NCBI GenBank assembly: GCA_964057225.1
Contig: OZ059895.1
Span: 23,498,001 to 23,562,000, forward strand
Origin: Auanema rhodensis
Taxonomy: Eukaryota; Animalia; Nematoda
Reading direction: 5' to 3'
DNA length: 64,000 bases
The notes beneath the pieces were generated by a model that saw nothing but the letters and a program-made list of their open reading frames with translations, was not told the DNA's origin and searched no databases. A program made the position numbers and the translations under genes. This document shows positions 11,301-25,900 of this stretch, one piece after another. The first letter of the stretch is position 1. Each line of letters begins with the position of its first letter.

Positions 11301-14300
11301 TAAGCGTTTCTCAATGTAGTATAGTGCATTCGATGCAGATTTTTAAGCTGCGTCGATCTGTGTTATCAGATTTGCGCTAGCTTAAAAATGCACCGAGATA
11401 TCAACTGATATAAGTTCACACTTATATCCTCGATTTTCACCCTGAAGAATCAATTTTTTCGTTGAATAACATTGTCCATCGTCTTTGCCTTGAAAAAAGG
11501 AATCTAAAAACATCTACTTTTTGCTAAATTATTTTGAAATTTTTCGAAAAAATTTTTGTCAAAATGTTTTTGGAAGCAATGTTGAGTGTACATGGAAACT
11601 CAACATACACTAATGCATCATTTTTCAAACGATCATAACTAATTTTTGTATTAAGCGTTTCTCCATGTAGTATAGTGCATTCGATGCGGATTTTTAAGCT
11701 GCGTCGATCTGTGTTATCAGATTTGCGCTAGCTTAAAAATGCACCGAGATATCAACTGATATAAGTTCACACTTATATCCTCGATTTTCACCCTGAAGAA
11801 TTAATTTTTTCGTTGAATAACATTGTCCATCGTCTTTGCCTTGAAAAAAGGAATCTAAAAACATCTACTTTTTGCTAAATTATTTTGAAATTTTTCGAAA
11901 AAATTTTTGTCAAAATGTTTTTGGAAGCAATGTTGAGTGTACATGGAAACTCAACATACACTAATGCATCATTTTTCAAACGATCATAACTAATTTTTGT
12001 ATTAAGCGTTTCTCAATGTAGTATAGTGCATTCGATGCAGATTTTTAAGCTGCGTCGATCTGTGTTATCAGATTTGCGCTAGCTTAAAAATGCACCGAGA
12101 TATCAACTGATATAAGTTCACACTTATATCCTCGATTTTCACCCTGAAGAATTAATTTTTTCGTTGAATAACATTGTCCATCGTCTTTGCCTTGAAAAAA
12201 GGAATCTAAAAACATCTACTTTTTGCTAAATTATTTTGAAATTTTTCGAAAAAATTTTTGTCAAAATGTTTTTGGAAGCAATGTTGAGTGTACATGGAAA
12301 CTCAACATACACTAATGCATCATTTTTCAAACGATCATAACTAATTTTTGTATTAAGCGTTTCTCCATGTAGTATAGTGCATTCGATGCGGATTTTTAAG
12401 CTGCGTCGATCTGTGTTATCAGATTTGCGCTAGCTTAAAAATGCACCGAGATATCAACTGATATAAGTTCACACTTATATCCTCGATTTTCACCCTGAAG
12501 AATTAATTTTTTCGTTGAATAACATTGTCCATCGTCTTTGCCTTGAAAAAAGGAATCTAAAAACATCTACTTTTTGCTAAATTATTTTGAAATTTTTCGA
12601 AAAAATTTTTGTCAAAATGTTTTTGGAAGCAATGTTGAGTGTACATGGAAACTCAACATACACTAATGCATCATTTTTCAAACGATCATAACTAATTTTT
12701 GTATTAAGCGTTTCTCCATGTAGTATAGTGCATTCGATGCGGATTTTTAAGCTGCGTCGATCTGTGTTATCAGATTTGCGCTAGCTTAAAAATGCACCGA
12801 GATATCAACTGATATAAGTTCACACTTATATCCTCGATTTTCACCCTGAAGAATTAATTTTTTCGTTGAATAACAATGTCCATCGTCTTTGCCTTGAAAA
12901 AAGGAATCTAAAAACATCTACTTTTTGCTAAATTATTTTGAAATTTTTCGAAAAAATTTTTGTCAAAATGTTTTTGGAAGCAATGTTGAGTGTACATGGA
13001 AACTCAACATACACTAATGCATCATTTTTCAAACGATCATAACTAATTTTTGTATTAAGCGTTTCTCAATGTAGTATAGTGCATTCGATGCGGATTTTTA
13101 AGCTGCGTCGATCTGTGTTATCAGATTTGCGCTAGCTTAAAAATGCACCGAGATATCAACTGATATATGTTCACACTTATATCCTCGATTTTCACCCTGA
13201 AGAATTAATTTTTTCGTTGAATAACAATGTCCATCGTCTTTGCCTTGAAAAAAGGAATCTAAAAACATCTACTTTTTGCTAAATTATTTCGAAATTTTTC
13301 GAAAAAATTTTTGTCAAAATGTTTTTGGAAGCAATGTTGAGTGTACATGGAAACTCAACATACACTAATGCATCATTTTTCAAACGATCATAACTAATTT
13401 TTGTATTAAGCGTTTCTCCATGTAGTATAGTGCATTCGATGCGGATTTTTAAGCTGCGTCGATCTGTGTTATCAGATTTGCGCTAGCTTAAAAATGCACC
13501 GAGATATCAACTGATATAAGTTCACACTTATATCCTCGATTTTCACCCTGAAGAATTAATTTTTTCGTTGAATAACAATGTCCATCGTCTTTGCCTTAAA
13601 AAAAGAAATCTAAAAACATCTACTTCTTGCTAAATTATTTTGAAATTTTTCGAAAAAATTTTTGTCAAAATGTTTTTGGAAGCAATGTTGAGTGTACATG
13701 GAAACTCAACATACACTAATGCATCATTTTTCAAACGATCATAACTAATTTTTGTATTAAGCGTTTCTCAATGTAGTATAGTGCATTCGATGCGGATTTT
13801 TAAGCTGCGTCGATCTGTGTTATCAGATTTGCGCTAGCTTAAAAATGCACCGAGATATCAACTGATATATGTTCACACTTATATCCTCGATTTTCACCCT
13901 GAAGAATTAATTTTTTCGTTGAATAACAATGTCCATCGTCTTTGCCTTGAAAAAAGGAATCTAAAAACATCTACTTTTTGCTAAATTATTTTGAAATTTT
14001 TCGAAAAAATTTTTGTCAAAATGTTTTTGGAAGCAATGTTGAGTGTACATGGAAACTCAACATACACTAATGCATCATTTTTCAAACGATCATAACTAAT
14101 TTTTGTATTAAGCGTTTCTCCATGTAGTATAGTGCATTCGATGCGGATTTTTAAGCTGCGTCGATCTGTGTTATCAGATTTGCGCTAGCTTAAAAATGCA
14201 CCGAGATATCAACTGATATAAGTTCACACTTATATCCTCGATTTTCACCCTGAAGAATTAATTTTTTCGTTGAATAACATTGTCCATCGTCTTTGCCTTG

Positions 14301-15737
14301 AAAAAAGAAATCTAAAAACATCTACTTTTTGCTAAATTATTTTGAAATTTTTCGAAAAAATTTTTGTCAAAATGTTTTTGGAAGCAATGTTGAGTGTACA
14401 TGGAAACTCAACATACACTAATGCATCATTTTTCAAACGATCATAACTAATTTTTGTATTAAGCGTTTCTCCATGTAGTATAGTGCATTCGATGCGGATT
14501 TTTAAGCTGCGTCGATCTGTGTTATCAGATTTGCGCTAGCTTAAAAATGCACCGAGATATCAACTGATATAAGTTCACACTTATATCCTCGATTTTCACC
14601 CTGAAGAATTAATTTTTTCGTTGAATAACATTGTCCATCGTCTTTGCCTTGAAAAAAGGAATCTAAAAACATCTACTTTTTGCTAAATTATTTTGAAATT
14701 TTTCGAAAAAATTTTTGTCAAAATGTTTTTGGAAGCAATGTTGAGTGTACATGGAAACTCAACATACACTAAGGCATCATTTTTCAAACGATCATAACTA
14801 ATTTTTGTATTAAGCGTTTCTCAATGTAGTATAGTGCATTCGATGCAGATTTTTAAGCTGCGTCGATCTGTGTTATCAGATTTGCGCTAGCTTAAAAATG
14901 CACCGAGATATCAACTGATATAAGTTCACACTTATATCCTCGATTTTCACCCTGAAGAATCAATTTTTTCGTTGAATAACATTGTCCATCGTCTTTGCCT
15001 TGAAAAAAGGAATCTAAAAACATCTACTTTTTGCTAAATTATTTTGAAATTTTTCGAAAAAATTTTTGTCAAAATGTTTTTGGAAGCAATGTTGAGTGTA
15101 CATGGAAACTCAACATACACTAATGCATCATTTTTCAAACGATCATAACTAATTTTTGTATTAAGCGTTTCTCCATGTAGTATAGTGCATTCGATGCGGA
15201 TTTTTAAGCTGCGTCGATCTGTGTTATCAGATTTGCGCTAGCTTAAAAATGCACCGAGATATCAACTGATATAAGTTCACACTTATATCCTCGATTTTCA
15301 CCCTGAAGAATTAATTTTTTCGTTGAATAACATTGTCCATCGTCTTTGCCTTGAAAAAAGGAATCTAAAAACATCTACTTTTTGCTAAATTATTTTGAAA
15401 TTTTTCGAAAAAATTTTTGTCAAAATGTTTTTGGAAGCAATGTTGAGTGTACATGGAAACTCAACATACACTAATGCATCATTTTTCAAACGATCATAAC
15501 TAATTTTTGTATTAAGCGTTTCTCAATGTAGTATAGTGCATTCGATGCAGATTTTTAAGCTGCGTCGATCTGTGTTATCAGATTTGCGCTAGCTTAAAAA
15601 TGCACCGAGATATCAACTGATATAAGTTCACACTTATATCCTCGATTTTCACCCTGAAGAATTAATTTTTTCGTTGAATAACATTGTCCATCGTCTTTGC
15701 CTTGAAAAAAGGAATCTAAAAACATCTACTTTTTGCT
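8342..15737 (+). repeat. Tandem duplication of a 10-monomer unit (3510 bp, ~2.1 copies)
   Basis: The CCTTAAA+ACTTCTT monomer occurs at 10080 and 13590, and the AAGGCATC+GAATCAAT monomer at 11133 and 14643. Intervening variants match at offset 3510. Confidence 0.9.
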
Positions 15738-16397
15738 GAATTATTTTGAAATTTTTCGAAAAAATTTTTGTCAAAATGTTTTTGGAAGCAATGTTGAGTG
15801 TACATGGAAACTCAACATACACTAATGCATCATTTTTCAAACGATCATAACTAATTTTTGTATTAAGCGTTTCTCCATGTAGTATAGTGCATTCGATGCG
15901 GATTTTTAAGCTGCGTCGATCTGTGTTATCAGATTTGCGCTAGCTTAAAAATGCACCGAGATATCAACTGATATAAGTTCACACTTATATCCTCGATTTT
16001 CACCCTGAAGAATTAATTTTTTCGTTGAATAACAATGTCCATCGTCTTTGCCTTGAAAAAAGAAATCTAAAAACATCTACTTTTTGCTAAATTATTTTGA
16101 AATTTTTCGAAAAAATTTTTGTCAAAATGTTTTTGGAAGCAATGTTGAGTGTACATGGAAACTCAACATACACTAATGCATCATTTTTCAAACGATCATA
16201 ACTAATTTTTATATTAAGCGTTTCTCAATGTAGTATAGTGCATTCGATGCGGATTTTTAAGCTGCGTCGATCTGTGTTATCAGATTTGCGCTAGCTTAAA
16301 AATGCACCGAGATATCAACTGATATAAGTTCACACTTAGATCCTCGATTTTCACCCTGAAGAATTAATTTTTTTGTTGAATAACAATGTCCATCGTC

Positions 16398-16999
16398 TTT
16401 GCCTTGAAAAAACAAATCTAAAAACAACTACTTTTCGCTAAATTATTTTGAAATTTTTCGAAAAAATTTTTGTCAAAATGTTTTTGGAAGCAATGTTGAG
16501 TGTACATGGAAACTCAACATACACTAATGCATCATTTTTCAAACGATCATAACTAATTTTTGTATTAAGCGTTTCTCAATGTAGTATAGTGCATTCGATG
16601 CGGATTTTTAAGCTGCGTCGATCTGTTTTATCAGATTTGCGCTAGCTTAAAAATGCACCGAGATATCAACTGATATAAGTTCCCACTTATATCCTCGATT
16701 TTCACCCTGAAGAATTATTTTTGTCAAAATGTTTTTGGAAGCAATGTTGAGTGTACATGGAAACTCAACATACACTAATGCATCATTTTTCAAACGATCA
16801 TAACTAATTTTTGTATTAAGCGTTTCTCCATGTAGTATAGTGCATTCGATGCGGATTTTTAAGCTGCGTCGATCTGTGTTATCAGATTTGCGCTAGCTTA
16901 AAAATGCACCGAGATATCAACTGATATAAGTTCACACTTATATCCTCGATTTTCACCCTGAAGAATTAATTTTTTCGTTGAATAACATTGTCCATCGTC
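16398..16999 (+). repeat. Second copy of the 100-bp-deletion fused monomer pair (junction 16717/16718)
   Basis: The junction and the private variants are identical to those at 4213-4814. The offset is 12185 = 35x351-100. Confidence 0.95.
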
Positions 17000-18403
17000 T
17001 TTGCCTTGAAAAAAGGAATCTAAAAACATCTACTTTTTGCTAAATTATTTTGAAATTTTTCGAAAAAATTTTTGTCAAAATGTTTTTGGAAGCAATGTTG
17101 AGTGTACATGGAAACTCAACATACACTAATGCATCATTTTTCAAACGATCATAACTAATTTTTGTATTAAGCGTTTCTCAATGTAGTATAGTGCATTCGA
17201 TGCGGATTTTTAAGCTGCGTCGATCTGTGTTATCAGATTTGCGCTAGCTTAAAAATGCACCGAGATATCAACTGATATATGTTCACACTTATATCCTCGA
17301 TTTTCACCCTGAAGAATTAATTTTTTCGTTGAATAACAATGTCCATCGTCTTTGCCTTGAAAAAAGGAATCTAAAAACATCTACTTTTTGCTAAATTATT
17401 TTGAAATTTTTCGAAAAAATTTTTGTCAAAATGTTTTTGGAAGCAATGTTGAGTGTACATGGAAACTCAACATACACTAATGCATCATTTTTCAAACGAT
17501 CATAACTAATTTTTGTATTAAGCGTTTCTCCATGTAGTATAGTGCATTCGATGCGGATTTTTAAGCTGCGTCGATCTGTGTTATCAGATTTGCGCTAGCT
17601 TAAAAATGCACCGAGATATCAACTGATATAAGTTCACACTTTTATCCTCGATTTTCACCCTGAAGAATTAATTTTTTCGTTGAATAACATTGTCCATCGT
17701 CTTTGCCTTGAAAAAAGAAATCTAAAAACATCTACTTTTTGCTAAATTATTTTGAAATTTTTCGAAAAAATTTTTGTCAAAATGTTTTTGGAAGCAATGT
17801 TGAGTGTACATGGAAACTCAACATACACTAATGCATCATTTTTCAAAGGATCATAACTAATTTTTGTATTAAGCGTTTCTCAATGTAGTATAGTGCATTC
17901 GATGCGGATTTTTAAGCTGCGTCGATCTGTGTTATCAGATTTGCGCTAGCTTAAAAATGCACCGAGATATCAACTGATATAAGTTCACACTTATATCCTC
18001 GATTTTCACCCTGAAGGAATAATTTTTTCGTTGAATAACATTGTCCATCGTCTTTGCCTTGAAAAAAGGAATCTAAAAACATCTACTTTTTGCTAAATTA
18101 TCTTGAAATTTTTCGAAAAAATTTTTGTCAAAATGTTTTTGGAAGCAATGTTGAGTGTACATGGAAACTCAACATACACTAATGCATCATTTTTCAAACG
18201 ATCATAACTAATTTTTGTATTAAGCGTTTCTCAATGTAGTATAGTGCATTCGATGCGGATTTTTAAGCTGCGTCGATCTGTGTTATCAGATTTGCGCTAG
18301 CTTAAAAATGCACCGAGATATCAACTGATATAAGTTCACACTTATATCCTCGATTTTCACCCTGAAGGAATAATTTTTTCGTTGAATAACATTGTCCATC
18401 GTC

Positions 18404-21400
18404 TTTGCCTTGAAAAAAGGAATCTAAAAACATCTACTTTTTGCTAAATTATTTTGAAATTTTTCGAAAAAATTTTTGTCAAAATGTTTTTGGAAGCAAT
18501 GTTGAGTGTACATGGAAACTCAACATACACTAATGCATCATTTTTCAAACGATCATAACTAATTTTTGTATTAAGCGTTTCTCAATGTAGTATAGTGCAT
18601 TCGATGCGGATTTTTAAGCTGCGTCGATCTGTGTTATCAGATTTGCGCTAGCTTAAAAATGCACCGAGATATCAACTGATATAAGTTCACACTTATATCC
18701 TCGATTTTCACCCTGAAGGAATAATTTTTTCGTTGAATAACATTGTCCATCGTCTTTGCCTTGGAAAAAGAAATCTAAAAACAACTACTTTTTGCTAAAT
18801 TATTTTGAAATTTTTCGAAAAAATTTTTGTCAAAATGTTTTTGGAAGCATTGTTGAGTGTACATGGAAACTCAACATACACTAATGCATCATTTTTCAAA
18901 CGATCATAACTAATTTTTGTATTAAGCGTTTCTCAATGTAGTATAGTGCATTCGATGCGGATTTTTAAGCTGCATCGATCTGTGTTATCAGATTTGCGCT
19001 AGCTTAAAAATGCACCGAGATATCAACTGATATAAGTTCACACTTATATCCTCGATTTTCACCCTGAAGAATTAAATTTTTCGTTGAATAACATTGTCCA
19101 TCGTCTTTGCCTTGAAAAAAGGAATCTAAAAACATCTACTTTTTGCTAAATTATTTTGAAATTTTTCGAAAAAATTTTTGTCAAAATGTTTTTGGAAGCA
19201 TTGTTGAGTGTACATGGAAACTCAACATACACTAATGCATCATTTTTCAAACGATCATAACTAATTTTTGTATTAAGCGTTTCTCAATGTAGTATAGTGC
19301 ATTTGATGCGGATTTTTAAGCTGCGTCGATCTGTGTTATCAGATTTGCGCTAGCTTAAAAATGCACCGAGATATCAACTGATATAAGTTCACACTTATAT
19401 CCTCGATTTTCACCCTGAAGGAATAATTTTTTCGTTGAATAACATTGTCCATCGTCTTTGCCTTGAAAAAAGGAATCTAAAAACATCTACTTTTTGCTAA
19501 ATTATTTTGAAATTTTTCGAAAAAATTTTTGTCAAAATGTTTTTGGAAGCAATGTTGAGTGTACATGGAAACTCAACATACACTAATGCATCATTTTTCA
19601 AACGATCATAACTAATTTTTGTATTAAGCGTTTCTCAATGTAGTATAGTGCATTCGATGCGGATTTTTAAGCTGCGTCGATCTGTGTTATCAGATTTGCG
19701 CTAGCTTAAAAATGCACCGAGATATCAACTGATATAAGTTCACACTTATATCCTCGATTTTCACCCTGAAGGAATAATTTTTTCGTTGAATAACATTGTC
19801 CATCGTCTTTGCCTTGAAAAAAGGAATCTAAAAACATCTACTTTTTGCTAAATTATTTTGAAATTTTTCGAAAAAATTTTTGTCAAAATGTTTTTGGAAG
19901 CAATGTTGAGTGTACATGGAAACTCAACATACACTAATGCATCATTTTTCAAACGATCATAACTAATTTTTGTATTAAGCGTTTCTCAATGTAGTATAGT
20001 GCATTCGATGCGGATTTTTAAGCTGCGTCGATCTGTGTTATCCGATTTGCGCTAGCTTAAAAATGCACCGAGATATCAACTGATATAAGTTCACACTTAT
20101 ATCCTCGATTTTCACCCTGAAGGAATAATTTTTTCGTTGAATAACATTGTCCATCGTCTTTGCCTTGAAAAAAGGAATCTAAAAACATCTACTTTTTGCT
20201 AAATTATTTTGAAATTTTTCGAAAAAATTTTTGTCAAAATGTTTTTGGAAGCAATGTTGAGTGTACATGGAAACTCAACATACACTAATGCATCATTTTT
20301 CAAACGATCATAACTAATTTTTGTATCAAGCGTTTCTCAATGTAGTTTAGTGCATTCGATGCGGATTTTTAAGCTGCGTCGATCTGTGTTATCAGATTTG
20401 CGCTAGCTTAAAAATGCACCGAGATATCAACTGATATAAATTCACACTTATATCCTCGATTTTCACCCTGAAGGAATAATTTTTTCGTTGAATAACATTG
20501 TCCATCGTCTTTGCCTTGGAAAAAGGAATCTAAAAACATCTACTTTTTGCTAAATTATTTTGAAATTTTTCGAAAAAATTTTTGTCAAAATGTTTTTGGA
20601 AGCAATGTTGAGTGTACATGGAAACTCAACATACACTAATGCATCATTTTTCAAACGATCATAACTAATTTTTGTATCAAGCGTTTCTCAATGTAGTATA
20701 GTGCATTCGATGCGGATTTTTAAGCTGCGTCGATCTGTGTTATCAGATTTGCGCTAGCTTAAAAATGCACCGAGATATCAACTGATATAAGTTCACACTT
20801 ATATCCTCGATTTTCACCCTGAAGGAATAATTTTTTCGTTGAATAACATTGTCCATCGTCTTTGCCTTGAAAAAAGGAATCTAAAAACATCTACTTTTTG
20901 CTAAATTATTTTGAAATTTTTCGAAAAAATTTTTGTCAAAATGTTTTTGGAAGCAATGTTGAGTGTACATGGAAACTCAACATACACTAATGCATCATTT
21001 TTCAAACGATCATAACTAATTTTTGTATTAAGCGTTTCTCAATGTAGTATAGTGCATTCGATGCGGATTTTTAAGCTGCGTCGATCTGTGTTATCAGATT
21101 TGCGCTAGCTTAAAAATGCACCGAGATATCAACTGATATAAGTTCACACTTATATCCTCGATTTTCACCCTGAAGGAATAATTTTTTCGTTGAATAACAT
21201 TGTCCATCGTCTTTGCCTTGGAAAAAGAAATCTAAAAACAACTACTTTTTGCTAAATTATTTTGAAATTTTTCGAAAAAATTTTTGTCAAAATGTTTTTG
21301 GAAGCATTGTTGAGTGTACATGGAAACTCAACATACACTAATGCATCATTTTTCAAACGATCATAACTAATTTTTGTATTAAGCGTTTCTCAATGTAGTA

Positions 21401-22966
21401 TAGTGCATTCGATGCGGATTTTTAAGCTGCATCGATCTGTGTTATCAGATTTGCGCTAGCTTAAAAATGCACCGAGATATCAACTGATATAAGTTCACAC
21501 TTATATCCTCGATTTTCACCCTGAAGAATTAAATTTTTCGTTGAATAACATTGTCCATCGTCTTTGCCTTGAAAAAAGGAATCTAAAAACATCTACTTTT
21601 TGCTAAATTATTTTGAAATTTTTCGAAAAAATTTTTGTCAAAATGTTTTTGGAAGCATTGTTGAGTGTACATGGAAACTCAACATACACTAATGCATCAT
21701 TTTTCAAACGATCATAACTAATTTTTGTATTAAGCGTTTCTCAATGTAGTATAGTGCATTTGATGCGGATTTTTAAGCTGCGTCGATCTGTGTTATCAGA
21801 TTTGCGCTAGCTTAAAAATGCACCGAGATATCAACTGATATAAGTTCACACTTATATCCTCGATTTTCACCCTGAAGGAATAATTTTTTCGTTGAATAAC
21901 ATTGTCCATCGTCTTTGCCTTGAAAAAAGGAATCTAAAAACATCTACTTTTTGCTAAATTATTTTGAAATTTTTCGAAAAAATTTTTGTCAAAATGTTTT
22001 TGGAAGCAATGTTGAGTGTACATGGAAACTCAACATACACTAATGCATCATTTTTCAAACGATCATAACTAATTTTTGTATTAAGCGTTTCTCAATGTAG
22101 TATAGTGCATTCGATGCGGATTTTTAAGCTGCGTCGATCTGTGTTATCAGATTTGCGCTAGCTTAAAAATGCACCGAGATATCAACTGATATAAGTTCAC
22201 ACTTATATCCTCGATTTTCACCCTGAAGGAATAATTTTTTCGTTGAATAACATTGTCCATCGTCTTTGCCTTGAAAAAAGGAATCTAAAAACATCTACTT
22301 TTTGCTAAATTATTTTGAAATTTTTCGAAAAAATTTTTGTCAAAATGTTTTTGGAAGCAATGTTGAGTGTACATGGAAACTCAACATACACTAATGCATC
22401 ATTTTTCAAACGATCATAACTAATTTTTGTATTAAGCGTTTCTCAATGTAGTATAGTGCATTCGATGCGGATTTTTAAGCTGCGTCGATCTGTGTTATCC
22501 GATTTGCGCTAGCTTAAAAATGCACCGAGATATCAACTGATATAAGTTCACACTTATATCCTCGATTTTCACCCTGAAGGAATAATTTTTTCGTTGAATA
22601 ACATTGTCCATCGTCTTTGCCTTGAAAAAAGGAATCTAAAAACATCTACTTTTTGCTAAATTATTTTGAAATTTTTCGAAAAAATTTTTGTCAAAATGTT
22701 TTTGGAAGCAATGTTGAGTGTACATGGAAACTCAACATACACTAATGCATCATTTTTCAAACGATCATAACTAATTTTTGTATCAAGCGTTTCTCAATGT
22801 AGTTTAGTGCATTCGATGCGGATTTTTAAGCTGCGTCGATCTGTGTTATCAGATTTGCGCTAGCTTAAAAATGCACCGAGATATCAACTGATATAAATTC
22901 ACACTTATATCCTCGATTTTCACCCTGAAGGAATAATTTTTTCGTTGAATAACATTGTCCATCGTC
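18404..22966 (+). repeat. Duplication at 7-monomer spacing (2457 bp) within domain B
   Basis: Matching monomer pairs: TTGGA/ACAACT/TGCATCG at 18755 and 21212; ATTTGATG at 19106 and 21563; ATCCGAT at 19808 and 22265; ATAAATTC at 20159 and 22616. Confidence 0.9.
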
Positions 22967-25900
22967 TTTGCCTTGAAAAAAGGAATCTAAAAACATCTAC
23001 TTTTTGCTAAATTATTTTGAAATTTTTCGAAAAAATTTTTGTCAAAATGTTTTTGGAAGCATTGTTGAGTGTACATGGAAACTCAACATACACTAATGCA
23101 TCATTTTTCAAACGATCATAACTAATTTTTGTATTAAGCGTTTCTCAATGTAGTATAGTGCATTCGATGCGGATTTTTAAGCTGCGTCGATCTGTGTTAT
23201 CAGATTTGCGCTAGCTTAAAAATGCACCGAGATATCAACTGATATAAGTTCACACTTATATCCTCGATTTTCACCCTGAAGGAATAATTTTTTCGTTGAA
23301 TAACATTGTCCATCGTCTTTGCCTTGGAAAAAGGAATCTAAAAACATCTACTTTTTGCTAAATTATTTTGAAATTTTTCGAAAAAATTTTTGTCAAAATG
23401 TTTTTGGAAGCATTGTTGAGTGTACATGGAAACTCAACATACACTAATGCATCATTTTTCAAACGATCATAACTAATTTTTGTATTAAGCGTTTCTCAAT
23501 GTAGTATAGTGCATTCGATGCGGATTTTTAAGCTGCGTCGATCTGTGTTATCAGATTTGCGCTAGCTTAAAAATGCACCGAGATATCAACTGATATAAGT
23601 TCACACTTATATCCTCGATTTTCACCCTGAAGGAATAATTTTTTCGTTGAATAACATTGTCCATCGTCTTTGCCTTGAAAAAAGGAATCTAAAAACATCT
23701 ACTTTTTGCTAAATTATTCTGAAATTTTTCGAAAAAATTTTTGTCAAAATGTTTTTGGAAGCAATGTTGAGTGTACATGGAAACTCAACATACACTAATG
23801 CATCATTTTTCAAACGATCATAACTAATTTTTGTATTAAGCGTTTCTCAATGTAGTATAGTGCATTCGATGCGGATTTTTAAGCTGCGTCGATCTGTGTT
23901 ATCAGATTTGCGCTAGCTTAAAAATGCACCGAGATATCAACTGATATAAGTTCACACTTATATCCTCGATTTTCACCCTGAAGGAATAATTTTTTCGTTG
24001 AATAACATTGTCCATCGTCTTTGCCTTGAAAAAAGGAATCTAAAAACATCTACTTTTTGCTAAATTATTTTGAAATTTTTCGAAAAAATTTTTGTCAAAA
24101 TGTTTTTGGAAGCAATGTTGAGTGTACATGGAAACTCAACATACACTAATGCATCATTTTTCAAACGATCATAACTAATTTTTGTATCAAGCGTTTCTCA
24201 ATGTAGTTTAGTGCATTCGATGCGGATTTTTAAGCTGCGTCGATCTGTGTTATCAGATTTGCGCTAGCTTAAAAATGCACCGAGACATCAACTGATATAA
24301 GTTCACACTTATATCCTCGATTTTCACCCTGAAGGAATAATTTTTTCGTTGTATAACATTGTCCATCGTCTTTGCCTTGAAAAATGGAATCTAAAAACAT
24401 CTACTTTTTGCTAAATTATTTTGAAATTTTTCGAAAAAATTTTTGTCAAAATGTTTTTGGAAGCATTGTTGAGTGTACATGGAAACTCAACATACACTAA
24501 TGCATCATTTTTCAAACGATCATAACTAATTTTAGTATTAAGCGTTTCTCAATGTAGTATAGTGCATTCGATGCGGATTTTTAAGCTGCGTCGATCTGTG
24601 TTATCAGATTTGCGCTAGCTTAAAAATGCACCGAGATATCAACTGATATAAGTTCACACTTATATCCTCGATTTTCACCCTGAAGGAATAATTTTTTCGT
24701 TGAATAACATTGTCCATCGTCTTTGCCTTGAAAAAAGGAATCTAAAAACATCTACTTTTTGCTAAATTATTCTGAAATTTTTCGAAAAAATTTTTGTCAA
24801 AATGTTTTTGGAAGCAATGTTGAGTGTACATGGAAACTCAACATACACTAATGCATCATTTTTCAAACGATCATAACTAATTTTTGTATTAAGCGTTTCT
24901 CAATGTAGTATAGTGCATTCGATGCGGATTTTTAAGCTGCGTCGATCTGTGTTATCAGATTTGCGCTAGCTTAAAAATGCACCGAGATATCAACTGATAT
25001 AAGTTCACACTTATATCCTCGATTTTCACCCTGAAGGAATAATTTTTTCGTTGAATAACATTGTCCATCGTCTTTGCCTTGAAAAAAGGAATCTAAAAAC
25101 ATCTACTTTTTGCTAAATTATTTTGAAATTTTTCGAAAAAATTTTTGTCAAAATGTTTTTGGAAGCAATGTTGAGTGTACATGGAAACTCAACATACACT
25201 AATGCATCATTTTTCAAACGATCATAACTAATTTTTGTATCAAGCGTTTCTCAATGTAGTTTAGTGCATTCGATGCGGATTTTTAAGCTGCGTCGATCTG
25301 TGTTATCAGATTTGCGCTAGCTTAAAAATGCACCGAGACATCAACTGATATAAGTTCACACTTATATCCTCGATTTTCACCCTGAAGGAATAATTTTTTC
25401 GTTGAATAACATTGTCCATCGTCTTTGCCTTGAAAAAAGGAATCTAAAAACATCTACTTTTTGCTAAATTATTCTGAAATTTTTCGAAAAAATTTTTGTC
25501 AAAATGTTTTTGGAAGCAATGTTGAGTGTACATGGAAACTCAACATACACTAATGCATCATTTTTCAAACGATCATAACTAATTTTTGTATTAAGCGTTT
25601 CTCAATGTAGTATAGTGCATTCGATGCGGATTTTTAAGCTGTGTCGATCTGTGTTATCAGATTTGCGCTAGCTTAAAAATGCACCGAGATATCAACTGAT
25701 ATAAGTTCACACTTATATCCTCGATTTTCACCCTGAAGGAATAATTTTTTCGTTGAATAACATTGTCCATCGTCTTTGCCTTGAAAAAAGGAATCTAAAA
25801 ACATCTACTTTTTGCTAAATTATTTTGAAATTTTTCGAAAAAATTTTTGTCAAAATGTTTTTGGAAGCAATGTTGAGTGTACATGGAAACTCAACATACA

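Noticed and set aside
15649-15840. 63-aa minus-strand ORF
   Set aside because: It exists only because a single private A->G change (GCTGAA at ~15738) removes a stop in one satellite monomer. It has no recognisable domain.
4532-16717. Intact 35-monomer higher-order repeat
   Set aside because: Only about 5 monomers match at the 12185 offset. For example, monomer 1 and monomer 12186 carry different variants.
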